From NCBI RefSeq assembly GCF_018977255.1, contig NW_024704742.1:65846001-65910000 (forward strand): a stretch of 64,000 bases of DNA, in the 5' to 3' direction. Origin of the DNA: Callorhinchus milii. Lineage: Eukaryota. The notes beneath the pieces were generated by a model. That model saw only the letters and a list, made by a program, of their open reading frames with translations. It did not search any database and had not been told where the DNA came from. The position numbers and the translations under genes are program-made. Of the stretch, positions 25,061 to 38,314 are shown in pieces. Within the stretch, counting starts at the first letter, position 1, and each line of letters opens with the position of its first letter.

Positions 25061-28000
25061 ACAACTTCAGCTAATAAAATGCCCTTGGCAGCAGAACCCA
25101 TTTAATTCCACTGGTGTTTTGATCTGAAATTTGTTAAATTATGTGGCTAAAGTAATCAAGTGGAGAATAAAGTGCTGAAGAGCAATTCTAGATTACTTCA
25201 TTGTGGTAAAAGAACGGGGGAAAAAAGTTTTCCTTTTCATCGAGAATTGATTCCCAGCATAACAAAATAACGTTTACCCTAGAATTTTGACACTTGCACA
25301 ATAATAGATGAGTGTTGTGATTTGGCGAGCTCTGATAGTGTTCTAGAAATTGGGGGGAAAAAAGCTTAGTGTTAGTGATGATTGGTTGCAGAGGAGCGGT
25401 TACAGTAGACCCTGGGTTAGCCGATGTGCATCAGTACATTACAATCAGGAGAGTTCTGCCGTTTGGCTGCTGAGGGCAGGATTCCCTATTTGAGAAACGT
25501 GCCCAGCTGCGTGAGCAATATTTTTGTATTTCCCTTTGAGAAACGTAACATAATAACATTTACTGGTTACGGGGGGCAGGTGAAATGGAGTGGGGGGTGG
25601 GGAAACGATTGGACCCCTCTGCATTACACTTTCAGGGTAGTTTGTATGAACATTTACGTAAGGAGAGAGAGGCTACTTTTTTTTGTTCTAAACAATCTCC
25701 AAATCCTCAACCCTTTTGAGCACTGAGACTTTTTTTAAAAAAAGCTTTCAAAATACAACATTGATTGTAAAACTGATTGATTGTCTGCAATTTGCAACAA
25801 GCATACTGTAACACGGAAATTAAATGAATGTAACACCTTGCAATAAGCAAAATCTTTTCACTCAGATATTGTTGTATATTCTCAAATGGTTAAATATATT
25901 ATACAGTATACTTTTCCTCCCTCCCTTCTACCCTCTTTTTCTCTTTTTCACCCCCCAAAAAGGCAAGAGAAACCAACCTTATCCAGTAATAAACTTGCAG
26001 ATGCTGGGGTGGTTGTAATTGGGGAGAGGTTGTGCTGTACTACAGGAGGATGTGGCTGAAAGAACCCTGAAATGTTAAGCACATTTATATCCCAGAACCA
26101 TTCCATATTTTTCACCGAATATTTGCTCTAGTGTTTTGGTAATTAAAAAATAATGCGAGTTTGATACGTAAGACTTAACTGCAAGTGTACCAGCTTTACA
26201 GTTGCTTCATGTTTAAAAAGCACCACCATGTAAATAAGACAAATGTATAAACCTGCAGTTTGTACACTGAATGCTGATATTTAAGATTTTTCAATCCATC
26301 TGACACCGCCATACATTCAAGTACAGTATATATTGATCATGACTGTTTCCTTAATGATTATGTGAGATTAATATTTGTTGCATCAAGGCCCTTATGTCAG
26401 TGACGTAGCTGTGCAGCATCTGCACTACAGTCAACTTGTGTATGACTTAAATTTGGTAAAATTCATGTTAACCATCAATGGAAGGAAGGTCTTACTAACC
26501 ACAAAAATGGTGTATTCATATTTAATATAATTTGCCAGTTGAACGTAGAAATTATGGACTGGAAAATTATTTTCTAATGTGCTTTATTGAAATTAAACTA
26601 TATTCAGGCAAAGTTAATTATTTAAGTTATTTTTTTTGGTCTTTATAAATTTAGCTAAAGAACTTTTAGGCATCAGCATAAACTAATGTAACATTCCCCG
26701 CCCCCTTCCCATACTGAAGCTTTCAAGTTTAAAAATGTTTTCAAAGCTATTTCTCCAAAATTTGGGAGGTTAAATATTTTGCATAGGAAAACCTTTCACA
26801 GCGTTTTAATCTCAGAATGAGCATTTTCCAGTCCAGGCCATGTTTTCTGAATAAAATTGGAGGCACAGTGTAGTTTATAAGACCGATCACACAGATTATC
26901 TAAGCCGATGAGTATTACAGAACTGGATTCAAGAACAATTTCTTGGTCTATTCAGACCAAAGGGGTAATTAGTTTATGCATTTGCCCCATGTCCTTTTTT
27001 TTCTCAGCAGCCAAGTTTGTGAGTGCTCCCTTGCTCTAGGTTTCTCAGACTGTATTATGATAGTATACTTTAGCTTAATGTTTGTCTTCCCCACCTTTCC
27101 TCCCTTTGATATTGGGCATTGTGTGTGTTTATTGGGGAAAGTAAATTTCCCCAGGTGTCCAGCAGTAGAGCTCTTGATACAGACTTTCAGAGGTTCTCCT
27201 TGAAAGTGTGGCCAGATGTCAGAGAACAACTATGGGGGAGTTGAGTGCAAGTACTATGTGCACTCACTTGAAATATTCAGTGGGTTGGATCACTTGGTAG
27301 AGGGCTGGATGGTATAGTTCAGTTGAGAGATGGAATTAAAAATTGCCATCTCTATAGGTCCTGTATGAAATGAAGGTGGATAATTGAAAGTGAGTTTTTG
27401 ATGAGTGGACGCTACAGTGAAGAAAGGATTAGTATGAGAAGTAGAGAGATTCACACCATTCATGAATGGTTTTCCGAGATTGGGGCTCTGCATATTGTTG
27501 GAATGGAGTGGGGAAAGCTTTACTTTGCAACTGCCTGAGCTGAATCTGGAAGTATTGTACTATGTGGAAGAAAAAATAAAATGTTTCTGATGGAGAGGAG
27601 TAAATAGGAAAAGAAAGACTTCCCTTAAAAATTCTCATCTAGAGAATTTAAAAATGAAAATACTAGGCTGTTCTTGCATTTTGTAACTACAGTTTAAATG
27701 AGTTCCTTTGACATGTTGTACTGCAATAGGAAATTGAACTGCAATCCAAATGTAATGATGAGCCAAGTATGTGATTTCATGCAAGCTCTGTGAGCAAAAT
27801 TGCCAGTGTTAAATGATGGCCATGACGTTTGCTGTTGAATGCTTTCAAAAGGTTGGAGCTCTTACCGAGAAAGTGAGTTAACCTGTCGTATCATGGTATA
27901 AAATACTGTATGCTGTCTATTCTAATCTCTTTGCCTGTTTGATATGATATGTGCAAGCTGTGGTCATGCTTTATTAGTGACCTTTTTTTTCCTGCTCTAA

Positions 28001-28240
28001 CTTGAATGTGCGAGGAAGTATTGCACTGATCTTTGAAAATGTAACTGGTATTGTGATATGATAGAACATTGAACTGGGGGAAATGAGTTCAAATTCATCT
28101 GGGCATTTGTTTTAAAGAAAAGCAAAATCAACATGATTAAACTACATAAAGAATGAAGTCTCTGCTGTAATATTTTGAAAACTAATTTTAGCTTAAAATA
28201 CATAAATTGTACATGTGCTTCTAAGGGTTTGTTTTGGCTC
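25061..28240 (+). other. LETM1: Probable long LETM1 3' UTR (end uncertain)
   Basis: AT-rich and lacks the young SINE/LINE copies common elsewhere. AATAAA hexamers include 25073, 26850 and 27575; variant AATACA/CATAAA at 28197-28206 precedes a GT/T-rich tract. Confidence 0.55.
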
Positions 28241-29710
28241 GCTTCTCAAGCCGAGTTTTTCTAAGCTGTCTCCAGAATGTCACTCAAAAGAAAAACACTA
28301 AACTCTACAGGGTGGTCCTGAGTCAAAGTTTCCAAGTGGATTACAAGCTCTGCTACTTTCACTTAACCTTGCTAATTTAACTCAATGTTGTTAAGTTAAC
28401 ATCAGCCTCACAGCACTTGAGACACAAACAACTTGACCTCCTTGTAATGTACTGTGCCCAGCTCAGCTATACTTGAAGGAAGGAGTTGACAGCGAGTTTA
28501 GTGAGAATTTGGACAGATGCTTCATCACTAGTGAAATATGCAGATGTAACCTGCTGCCAAATCCTTTCACAAGAGCTGGTGTGGTACCACATTCGGGGCT
28601 TTCTGTGTAGACTGGTGCTGGAGAGAGGCCACGTGCCTGCGTGGGAACAGACTACTTTTTTTCATTTTAGCTCACGAAGCTAAATTCAAAGAGTATGATT
28701 CATTGATTGCATTTTAGTCTGAATCAGCTGATGTGTGCTCGCCTGGGCCGCCTGTGTCCTGATCAGGTCCCAGGCCTGTCCCAAATTGCTACTTGGTAGA
28801 CTGAATGGAACTGCTGCACATGCACATGGTTCCTCTCAGTGATGGACATCATAAGATCAGTACAAAACCAGAGAAGCAGGTTTCAGAGTCATGCGAAATG
28901 ATAAATTCCAGAGTATTTCTGCCACTGGATAAAATTGAACAGAAAATATTACTCTTGGGACTTTTAAACATTCATGGTTATTTGAATGGGGCAGAGTGAG
29001 TGGGGGGCCCTCTAGCACAGTGGAAGACGTGATCTATAACAGGACATAAACTTCTGGCATTTGTTAAGGATTTCAGGTCACCTGGTTGTAGACTTGAGTG
29101 GCAAGGCTTAAGCCTTTAGGGACTTCAGACTCACGTCTTGGCTGAGTGGATGGGGGGTGGGGACTATATTGTTGTTGATCCCATCCTTCAGATGCATTCT
29201 ACACCTCAATGAACCAGTACGAACCTTGGCGTCTTGTTTGTCCCTCAACTGCCCTTTAATTCCACATCTATACCATGACCTGCCTTCCCCCACCTCAGCA
29301 ACAATGCCCGGTTCCACCACTGCCTCTCCTCAGGCCGCAGGGACTCATCCGCCTATTCATCTCTTTCCCCACTCCCTCCCCTGCACCACCCCTCCACTCG
29401 GCTTGATGAAGTCCTGTTGCGTATTGGTTAGAGCATTTGCCTCGCATGCGAGTGGAATCAGGTTTGATTCCTGTACAGGACAAAACCTTAGGCATGTTTC
29501 CGTACTCCCATGCCTCTGTTTACCTATAATAATTTGATCATTCAATCCATGACTGTTTGTGAGACACTGCTGTGTGCAATTGGCTGCTGTGTTTGGCTCA
29601 CAAAATATACAGTCAATTTCACTTTACGGAATATTCACATTTTGATGTGTTGGTTGAAGGAATGCAAGTTTGTTCAAATTGGTCTCTTGAAAAGGATAGA
29701 TTCTCCACGT

Positions 29711-29728
29711 GTCCAGCAGATGGTGCTC
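29711..29728 (+). promoter_or_regulatory. Candidate CTCF site
   Basis: GTCCAGCAGATGGTGCTC resembles the CTCF core CC(A/G)(C/G)(C/T)AG(A/G)(T/G)GG(C/T)(G/A)C; motif match only. Confidence 0.35.
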
Positions 29729-32700
29729 TGCGATAACATAAGAGCACATAATGGTTTTACTCTTCCCTCCTCATTTTATAATAATCCTTAATAATAAAAT
29801 CCTTGATATAGTTTCTTAACGCATCATTGAGATATCTCAAAATGTTTCACAGGATTTTACTGTGGAGTGATTGTATTTATAGGTGAACTTATTATTAACT
29901 CGGCAGCCAATTTGTGGATAGTAATTTTTCACAAACTACCATGAAGTGAGTGACCAATTTTATCTGGGGGACTGTTGGCCAGGACATAAGGAGAAACTAC
30001 CCTTTTCAAATAGTGCCATGGGAGGGTTAAGCCCCACCTGAATAGGCAGACGGGACTTTGGTTTAAAATATCCTTGAATTTAATATAAAACCTAAAGTGT
30101 AATGACTGTATTTTGCCTTTCCTGTCCTGAACAATAATCTAATAACCCTCCTGAATGGTAATCTAATAATTCTTGCATTTGATATATTGTGACAGAACCA
30201 TAGCTCAAATACTTTAAATTGTACATCCAAAGACCAATTTCCATTCACATAACTCTAAAGCACTGTTTTGAGGATAAAATCAATTACAGTGGCTTGAGTA
30301 CTGATGTGTTGTTACAATTGCTCTCGAGTCCCCAAGCTAGTTCTTACTGTTAATTGTTACCTTCTGAGCCTTGCTCCCTAAAACATAATATTGGGCGAGA
30401 AAAAGATCAGATAGGAGTACACTTCTGCTCCCACAGTCCCCCCCCCCACCCCCGGATCAGATGCCCAGCTCGCAGTATAAAGCGCTTTGAGATATTGTCC
30501 CAATTGGAAAGGTGCTATATAAATGTATATTGTATTGTAGATATAACTTGCTGACACTTACAAACTGTGCTGAGGTACAAGGCATTCTGAGGTATCAGGC
30601 TGGCTCACTCTTTATCTCTTGATGAAGTTTTTTTTGGTCAGTTGGGTACCTGACACATGCGGAAACCCATTACCAAGCTTAAGAGAATCCAAACCACGCA
30701 GAGAATTCCACCTACACATGGAAATCCCTGAGATATTTATCAGAATGGGCACCCTCTCCCTGGAGGGACGCATCCTGCTTACCTAATTCCGGAGGTATTA
30801 GGCCTAGGTTGGCAAGAGCCAAGGCTTGAGTACGTGTTGGGGTATTGCTGGAGTCTAACCAGCTAAAACCACATCGCTTGTCATTAAGAGCACTGCCTGT
30901 CAAGCTTTCCAAACTGACATTCCGTTGCCAAACATTTCATGGTTCAGCTCCAAGGAGACTCAGTTTAACTCCCACCAAGGAGGATAGTTATTAGTTTGCC
31001 ATTTAACATCCGACAAGCATGGGTTTGAGCCCTCACCTGGTGGATGGCAGGTACCGAGAACTCCCTGTGAGGTTCCTGGTGTACAATACATCTGAGCATG
31101 AAATGCTGGAGAGCATTGCAACCATTTTCCTGCCCACAGCTCAGCCACACCGTCACTTCCCATTGAGCGATGATGGTTCCACGAGGTGGAAGTATGGAGC
31201 TTGAGCATCCTCTCTTACATCTCTGCAAACCAATCAAAGTGGATTAATTCCAAGAGCTGGATATATGAATGTGTGTTCACAAACTCTAGGTAACGCCTCC
31301 CAGCAGCTATGGACCAAAGTCTGAGTTTCCTCATCAGCTATCTGATGATGCCTGCCTTCAGCATGGTGGAGGAACATTTACAGGACAGCTCAAAGACCAA
31401 CGCTGGATAACAGGCTTCCTCAGCACCAGCTACTGAATCCAGGACCTCATGTGAGGGGCCTGGTAAAACAGATGCTGATTGGTGGAATGCTGTGTTGTTG
31501 GAGGAGCTGTGCTTTGGATGAGATGTTGGATCAATGCCAAGCTATGGAGGTTTAGCTGGTTAGGCTCCAGCATACCCAACACACACTCTGGGATCCCCAA
31601 GCCTTGGCTCTTGCCAACCTGTGCCTAATACTTTGCGAAATTAGGTAAACAGGATGTGTCCCTCCAGGGAGAGTGCACATTCCATTCCAAAAATCCATCT
31701 CTGCGATTTCCATATGTAGGTGGGATGCCTGGATTTCTCAGTTTGGTTTGGATACTGTTAAATGTGGTGATAGGTTTCCGCATGTGTCAGACGTCTGGCT
31801 GGTCAAAACAAAACGATGTACGAATAAGTTCTTATCCGCCTGTTCATCTTGGGCTTCTTGGGATGGCTTTCCCAGAGAACACAGCAAGTTCTTTTCATAA
31901 CAAAGGAATTTGTTGCAGCAATATCTATCCTGGAGCGAGAAGGGAGCGAAGGTGTATGGGGGGAGTAGAGGGTAGTGGAATTAGGAGGGTGAAGGCTCAT
32001 GTAGAGTATAAACATCTGCACAAAACCTTTGGGATGAATGGGCTGGTTCAGCGCTCTAGATTCTATGTAACTACTGTGTAGGAGGTTGTAATTTGTCCAT
32101 CTTGGTTTCCTTTTTGGTGCTGGATTCTCCAGTTAGTGAAATATTCATGCACTCTTACAGCACCAGAGTGTCGCATACTGTACAACTAAGTGGTGTGCCT
32201 GGATGGCGATTACATTGTAATTTATCGTCTCCGCAGTTTACTGAGTCACTCACAGTTAACAGACGACTTTGGAAACTTGCTGAGAGCACTTTGCTGAGTA
32301 CATCAGGTATTAATTAACTATAATAGAGTTCTGGAAGACCTTTCAACACCTCATTGCTGGAATAAGCCCATACAGTATTTTCAATAAAAAATATTTCTGG
32401 AGAAATGGGAACTTAACTTCCTTTAAAGCTATTTCATTGGCCTAGTTTAGATCGGTAACACAGATGAATAAGACACTGAAGGACAGTGAAAGTGCGAGAA
32501 GTAATTAAAATGATCAATGAGATGCAATAAGAAAAAGAGAAGGGATTTCAAGGATATAATTAGTTGACCATTAAATAAAAATCACTCAATGACTTAATGA
32601 GTGAATGTACTAGTTGTCATTAGCACGGAGTCATCAAGACGTGATCATTTCAGTAGAGGGATCCACTACAAGGGCATAAAGTCAGAACCAAGACTATTTG

Positions 32701-32734
32701 AAGTGAGGTCAGGGAACACTTCAGAGGTGGAATC

Positions 32735-33185
32735 AAAACAACAAAATTACATTTGTATAGCGCCTTTCACGTTGGGAGGACGTCCCAAGGTGCTGGACAA
32801 TAAGTGTTTCGGACCTGAGCTGGCGGTCGGGAACAGGGAGGCTGGAGGGCGGGGGGTGGGGAAGAGGGTGATCAAAGGCATGGTTGAAAAGGAGGGTCTT
32901 TAGATGGGTCTTGAAGGAGGTAAGGGAGGGAGTGAGATGGAGGGAATGCGGGATGGAGTTCCAGAGGGTGGGAGCAGAGTGGCTGAAGGCCCGCCCGCCA
33001 ATGGTGGGGCAGGTGAGGTGACGGATGTGAAGCAGGCTGGAGCCCCCTGAGCGGAGGGAGTGGGCAGGTTGGTAGAGGGTTAGGAGGTCACAGAGATAGG
33101 GGGAGCAAGGCCATGGAAGGCTTTGAAAGTGAAGACCAGGATCTTGAACTGTATCCTCTGTGTTATAGGAGCCAGTGGAGTCCGA
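32735..33185 (-). mobile_element. L2 LINE 3' end
   Basis: PYLCDLLTLYQPAHSLRS...TIGGRAFSHSAPTLWNSIP...SFKTHLKTLLF plus tail. Confidence 0.9.
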
Positions 33186-35699
33186 CAACTGTTTAAAAGA
33201 GAAATAGACAGATATTTAGGTAGCAGAGGTATTAAACGATATGGGAAAAAACATTGCTATTCAAAGAGGTAGAACAGGCTGGAGGAGCTGAATGGCCTCT
33301 TTCTCATAAGAACAGGAATTGGCCTTTCAGGCCCTCAAGCCTGTTCCACCATTCTATTAGATCATGGCTGATAGTTCCTCAACTCCAATTACCTGCCTTT
33401 ACCCCAAATCCCTTGATACCCTTTACCTAATAAAAATCTATCCACCTCAGTCTTGAAGATTTAAATGGATTAAGTGGATACATTTTTGTTAGATAACGGT
33501 ACTCAATACATTGAGTGCTTAAATTTGAAAATACATCAAGATTTCCTGGGGTCAGAATTTTTATTGGAAGCCATGACGTTGAAGTCATTGAAAGTGAAAG
33601 ACCTGGGTTAGATTTCCAGCAGAGTGAAAAGTTGGGCACCTTACTCCACGTGCATCTGTTTACGTAGCAGTAAGTAGGAACCTGGTTGTTAGTCAATTGG
33701 CGGATCGCTTTTCCGGGGTTAATAATTCCTTATATAAAAAAATAAATTGGTCACTTCAATCCACGACTGTTTGTGGGACACTGCTGTGCATAATTGGCTG
33801 CCGCGTTTCACTCACAAAATATACAGTCAATTCACTTTACAGTATATTCTTTGAAGCGCTTTGAGACTTCTCGAAGATGTGATAAGACGCTATATCAAAT
33901 GCAAGGATTATTATCTGAGTTCATAACAACAAACAGGACATCTTCCCAACCTGAAAGACGATATTATATAAATGCAATTTGTTCGTGCGCTAATAAGAAA
34001 CTCCCTTTTCTTTTCGAACAGTGGGACAAGATCTTCCTGAACAGGAAAGTAGGTCTTCAATTTAATGTCTCATTGAAAGAACAACTTTGACAATGAAGCA
34101 CACCCCTGTACTGTGCTGGAGTGTCAGTCAGATGTGGACATGTGACCTTCTGGCTTTGAGGTGAGAGTGCTTCCCACTGAGTCAGGCTGACAAGTCATCA
34201 ATGATAAATATATATATTTTTAAAAATCCTTGCAGGAGGACACTTCAAAGCATTTCATAGGCTTTAGTGCTGAACAGAAACAGTATAACTAACTATGAAA
34301 TTAATATTAATGCCACAGTTGCTTTTCCTGATAAAAATTGTTATTTATATTAATTTAAGTTATTCGTTACCGTGTAATAAATGTTCAGATTGAATGATTT
34401 TTACTCACTGTTCTCCAGCCTGCTATTTCTGTTCGATACATTGAGTGCTTCTCAATCATCCTAAATTATCTCTATAATGGACCCTGGCTGACTTTGTACT
34501 GTTTTACATTCGGTGGGAACAATGGAGAGAATGGTCTGCCAGACTTTTAATAGCTGTGTAAGAGCTTTACTTGGAACAGTAGTTCTTGTTGTGAGTGGAG
34601 TCAGTCAAGCTTGCGATAGTGCACACCAAGGACTTAAATGAACAGATGGGGACATACTGTGCTTGCCACGGCATCTCATTCGTTTTAACAGCTTCTCTTT
34701 CTTACAAGATATGCTATTGAAATCATTGAGAAAGGGGGAGGTGCAGACAGGCCTAGTTACATTATGGTGCAATAATATTGCTGTCACCTAAGGCTCTTTA
34801 GTCTTGAGAGAAGACGTCTCAGAGGGGACTTTATAGGGGTGTATAACATTTTAAATGGGATTTTAAAAGTAAACCTAGAACAATACTTTCAGATGCACCG
34901 AGACAGTAGAACAAGAGGACATAGGTTTAGAGTTGCAAAGAGCAATTTCAGGGCAATTATTCCAAGCATAATTGACATTCCGAGGGTAATTGACAACTGG
35001 AGCAAGTTATCACGGGGGTAGGTCACTGGACTCATTTAAAAAGCAGCTTGATGCAGTGACAGGTAGATTCTTAGCTGTCCAGCACCTTGGGTTGTCCTTC
35101 TGACGTGAAAGGCACTATATAAATGTAACTTGTTGTTGACGATAAGGTGGGTATTCTGGAGGAATGAGATCAGATAGCTCCAAGGTCCTCCTTCATCCAA
35201 ACCAATCATGTGATCTTGCAATGTGTTTCCCCCAAAAAATACAGTTAATCCACTTTACAATATATTCTGTGAAGCGCTTTGAGACATCTCAACAATGTGA
35301 TAAGGCGCTTCATCAAATACAAAGATTATTATGTGTTCTGTCATTCACATCCAAATTACACGTGAAAAGCACTGTATCAAATGGAAGAATAATTATTGTT
35401 ATAATATTTTTTCGGGTGAGATTTTCAATGCAAATTGCGATGTTGGCATTTGCAGTGTCAGGTCTAAACACTGAAAACAAGGTTTGGCAAACACCTTTCA
35501 TTAAAGCGGAATTTTAATTTCCTCTCTGGTAGAAACAGAATCTTACAACAAGGGCTTGGACAGTTAGAAGGATCAAGAAACTCTTCTTCGCACAGAGGGT
35601 TGTAAGAGTGCAGGAATGTATTGCCACAGAAGACCATAGAGGCAGAATTGATGGAATGTTTTGAGTTACAGGGAACCCGATTATATGTAATACGGTCAT

Positions 35700-36025
35700 T
35701 TGGGGTCCAATATCTTACGCCTCATGTTTTTAGCTGCAAACTAAAAGGGTCTTCTATTTGCAAGTTTGAGGTAAGCACAGGCAAGTTGAAAGGGTGCAGG
35801 AAGATAGCTTTTGAAGCTTTGCGCCAGATTTGCATCTTCAACCTCTTGTGTGGCCTTAAATTCAGTCCAAGAGGTGGCGTTTCACTTCCAATTCACTTTG
35901 ACAAATGAATATTGAACAATTCCTTTAACCCAGTCCTATTCCACCATTTTATTCGATCGTGGCAGATGTTCTAATGTCAGTTCCCAACTTTTCTCCATCT
36001 TGCTTATTTCTCAAGTATTATTTGA
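35700..36025 (-). pseudogene. Decayed coding sequence copy A, unknown protein (MEKSWELTLEHLPRSNKMVE*DWVKGIVQY...SWTEFKATQEVEDANLAQSFKSYLPAPFQLACAYLKLANR)
   Basis: ATG at 35998 in aagATGg context. Aligns collinearly with 36365-36662 in inverted orientation; has in-frame stops. Confidence 0.5.
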
Positions 36026-36091
36026 AAATGTTGGAAAATGGCTGTTTTCTAAGTTGTCAGAAGTGCTCCTGGTTTTCCTTCCTTCCCAAAG

Positions 36092-36179
36092 TGACGTCAG
36101 CCCTGCTTCCTGTGCATAGCCCAAATGCACAGCCAGCAGGAAGTGACTTCCTGTGCCTAGCACACAATATGCAGGAAAT
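36092..36179. promoter_or_regulatory. CRE plus clustered ETS-type motifs
   Basis: TGACGTCA at 36092-36099; CTTCCTG at 36106; inverted pair CAGGAAGT-G-ACTTCCTG at 36137-36153; CAGGAAAT at 36172. Confidence 0.4.
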
Positions 36180-36364
36180 AACATCAGCATCAACCTGACA
36201 ATTAATAATATAATATATTAGCCATTTTTTAACATGGGAAGCCAGAGGCCAGGTGTACCACATTAGCCTGGGTCGGTCCACAACCAGAATCTGTACTCTA
36301 AACAAATCTGCACTCAACCGAGGAGAGGGGTGTGGGTGGGAGTAAGTCTTTCTAAAGTGCTTGT

Positions 36365-36665
36365 CCTATAAATACATACTTGGGAAGTAAGTGAGATGGA
36401 GAAAAGGTGGTATCTGGGATTGAAGCATCTGCCATGAACTAATAAAGTGGTGGAACAGAAATTGGTTAAAGGAATTATTTAATTTCCGTCTGACAGAGAG
36501 AAATGGAGGTGAACGCCCTCCTCCTGGACTTAATTTAAAGCTACCCAAGAGGTTGAAGAGGCAAATTTGATGCAAAGCTACAAAAGCTAGTTGCCTGCAC
36601 CCTTTCAACTTGCCCGTGCATACCTCAAACTTGCAAATAGAAGCCCTGTTTCGCTTGCAGCTGGT
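36365..36665 (+). pseudogene. Decayed coding sequence copy B, unknown protein (MEKRWYLGLKHLP*TNKVVEQKLVKGII*F...SWT*FKATQEVEEANLMQSYKS*LPAPFQLARAYLKLANR)
   Basis: ATG at 36396 in gagATGg context; paralogous to copy A with many synonymous codon differences. Confidence 0.5.
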
Positions 36666-37124
36666 ATCTATCAATACCACGGCTGCTACTCAATCATTCA
36701 ACGCACTTTCTTTTAAATACTATCTGCAGGTTAACCTCACTTATCATAATTGTTTTCAACTGAAACAGCACATTTGACATCCTCCCTCGGAGCCTAACAA
36801 TGCTGGCTTGATCCACACAAGCACTGACGTGTTCACTGGATACTTCAATCTGTTTCTAGTTCAGATCCCACAGGCGTGTGTGTCTGTCTGGGGTGCTTCA
36901 GTGATTCGCTCACTTACCTATTCCGTAAGCCCCAAGACCCCAGTTCTTGCCAGGCTCCATTGGCTCCCTATCGCACTACGTATTAATTTCAAAACCCTCC
37001 CACTCACCTACAAATCACTTCATGCCCCAGCACCTCCCTCCCTATCTTTCCAACTTCACACCTCACTCCTCTACCCACCCTCTTTGCTCAGCAGGCTCGA
37101 CCCTTCTGCATATCCCTCGACCCC

Positions 37125-37690
37125 AGCTGTTTGACACGTGTGGAAACCCATTCCCATGCTTAAGAGTATCCGAACCAAACTGAGAATTCCATGTATCCAC
37201 CTACACATAGAAATCCCAGAGACAGATTGTTGGAATGGAATGTGCTCTCTCTCTCTCTCTCTCTTTGGAGGGACACATCCTGTTTACCTAATTCCGGAAA
37301 GTATTGGATGCAGGTTGGCAAGAGCCAAGGCTTGGGGACCCCAGATTGTGTGTTGGGGTACTGCTGGAGTCTGACCAGCTAAAACTGCACAGTTTGCCAT
37401 TGATATTTCTGTCTGACACGAGTTTCCCATTGCTTGTCCAGCTAAGGCTTTTGGCTTGTAGGGTTAACAGAAACTGAGTGGCAAGAGTCCCAGCCTCCAG
37501 TGACTGGTCTGCCCTTGCAAGTCCTACCAGTGAGCCAGGCTGGCTGTGCTGTCATCAGCAGTGCCCTGGAATACTGCGGACCTGCCTGGCTCAGGAACCG
37601 GACTACCGAGACTGGCATAGAGGGTGGGCACAATTCTGATATTCTGTTGCCAAACATATCACCTTGGAGCCAGTTCAGCTACGATATCCC
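37125..37690 (-). repeat. Unclassified repeat copy (others 30628-30960 -, 31532-31810 +, 53485-53822 +, 54660-55430 +)
   Basis: Reverse complement aligns to 56250-56642 and appears to extend further 5'. Confidence 0.8.
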
Positions 37691-38314
37691 GCTTCCACCC
37701 CAACCCCCTCACCACCCCATCTCCCCCCACCCACCTTATCCTTAGAAGGATAGAACTATTCTCCCTGATATTGTGTCCCAGGCATTAATTCCCTTCTGGG
37801 TAAAGAAAACTTTTGTCCTTCCCTAAACCTTTCATCTTCAAATGACTTGCTTACTCCCCAAACTGCTACACGCTGTCTCCGCTCGACTGGCTCCGGCCTC
37901 CTGCTGATCCCTTGTGCCTTCCGTTCTACCATTGGTGGCCACGCTTTCAGCCACTACGCCCCAACACTCTGGAACACTTAATCCCTTCTCCTTGCCCCTT
38001 CGTCCCTTTCTTCAGGTCGCGCCTCTTTGACGATAGCTACAGTCACCTCCCTCCGGCTCGGTGTGGTGCTCTGCCACTGTCAAGCATTCTGGGACGCCAC
38101 CCTGTGTGAGGGCTGCTATATAGATGCAAGTTGTTGTTGTCCTCTTGTTCTACTGTTTTGGTACATACAAAAATATTGTCCTGGGTTTACTTTTGCAATC
38201 CCATTTGATAAGGCCACCTTTGAGACATTGCCTTTCAAGACTGAAGAGCTCCTGCTTGTCCAATTTTTTAGTCCTCAGGGGTTGCAAATTCTGGTTAATT
38301 AGGACTAGTTTTAG

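Noticed and set aside
35621..36680. ORF-track entries 35621..35908 (+) and 36366..36680 (-) with similar Cys-rich translations
   Set aside because: These look like antisense shadows of the inverted pair. The opposite-strand frame, with the aligned ATG and synonymous bias, is the better coding candidate.
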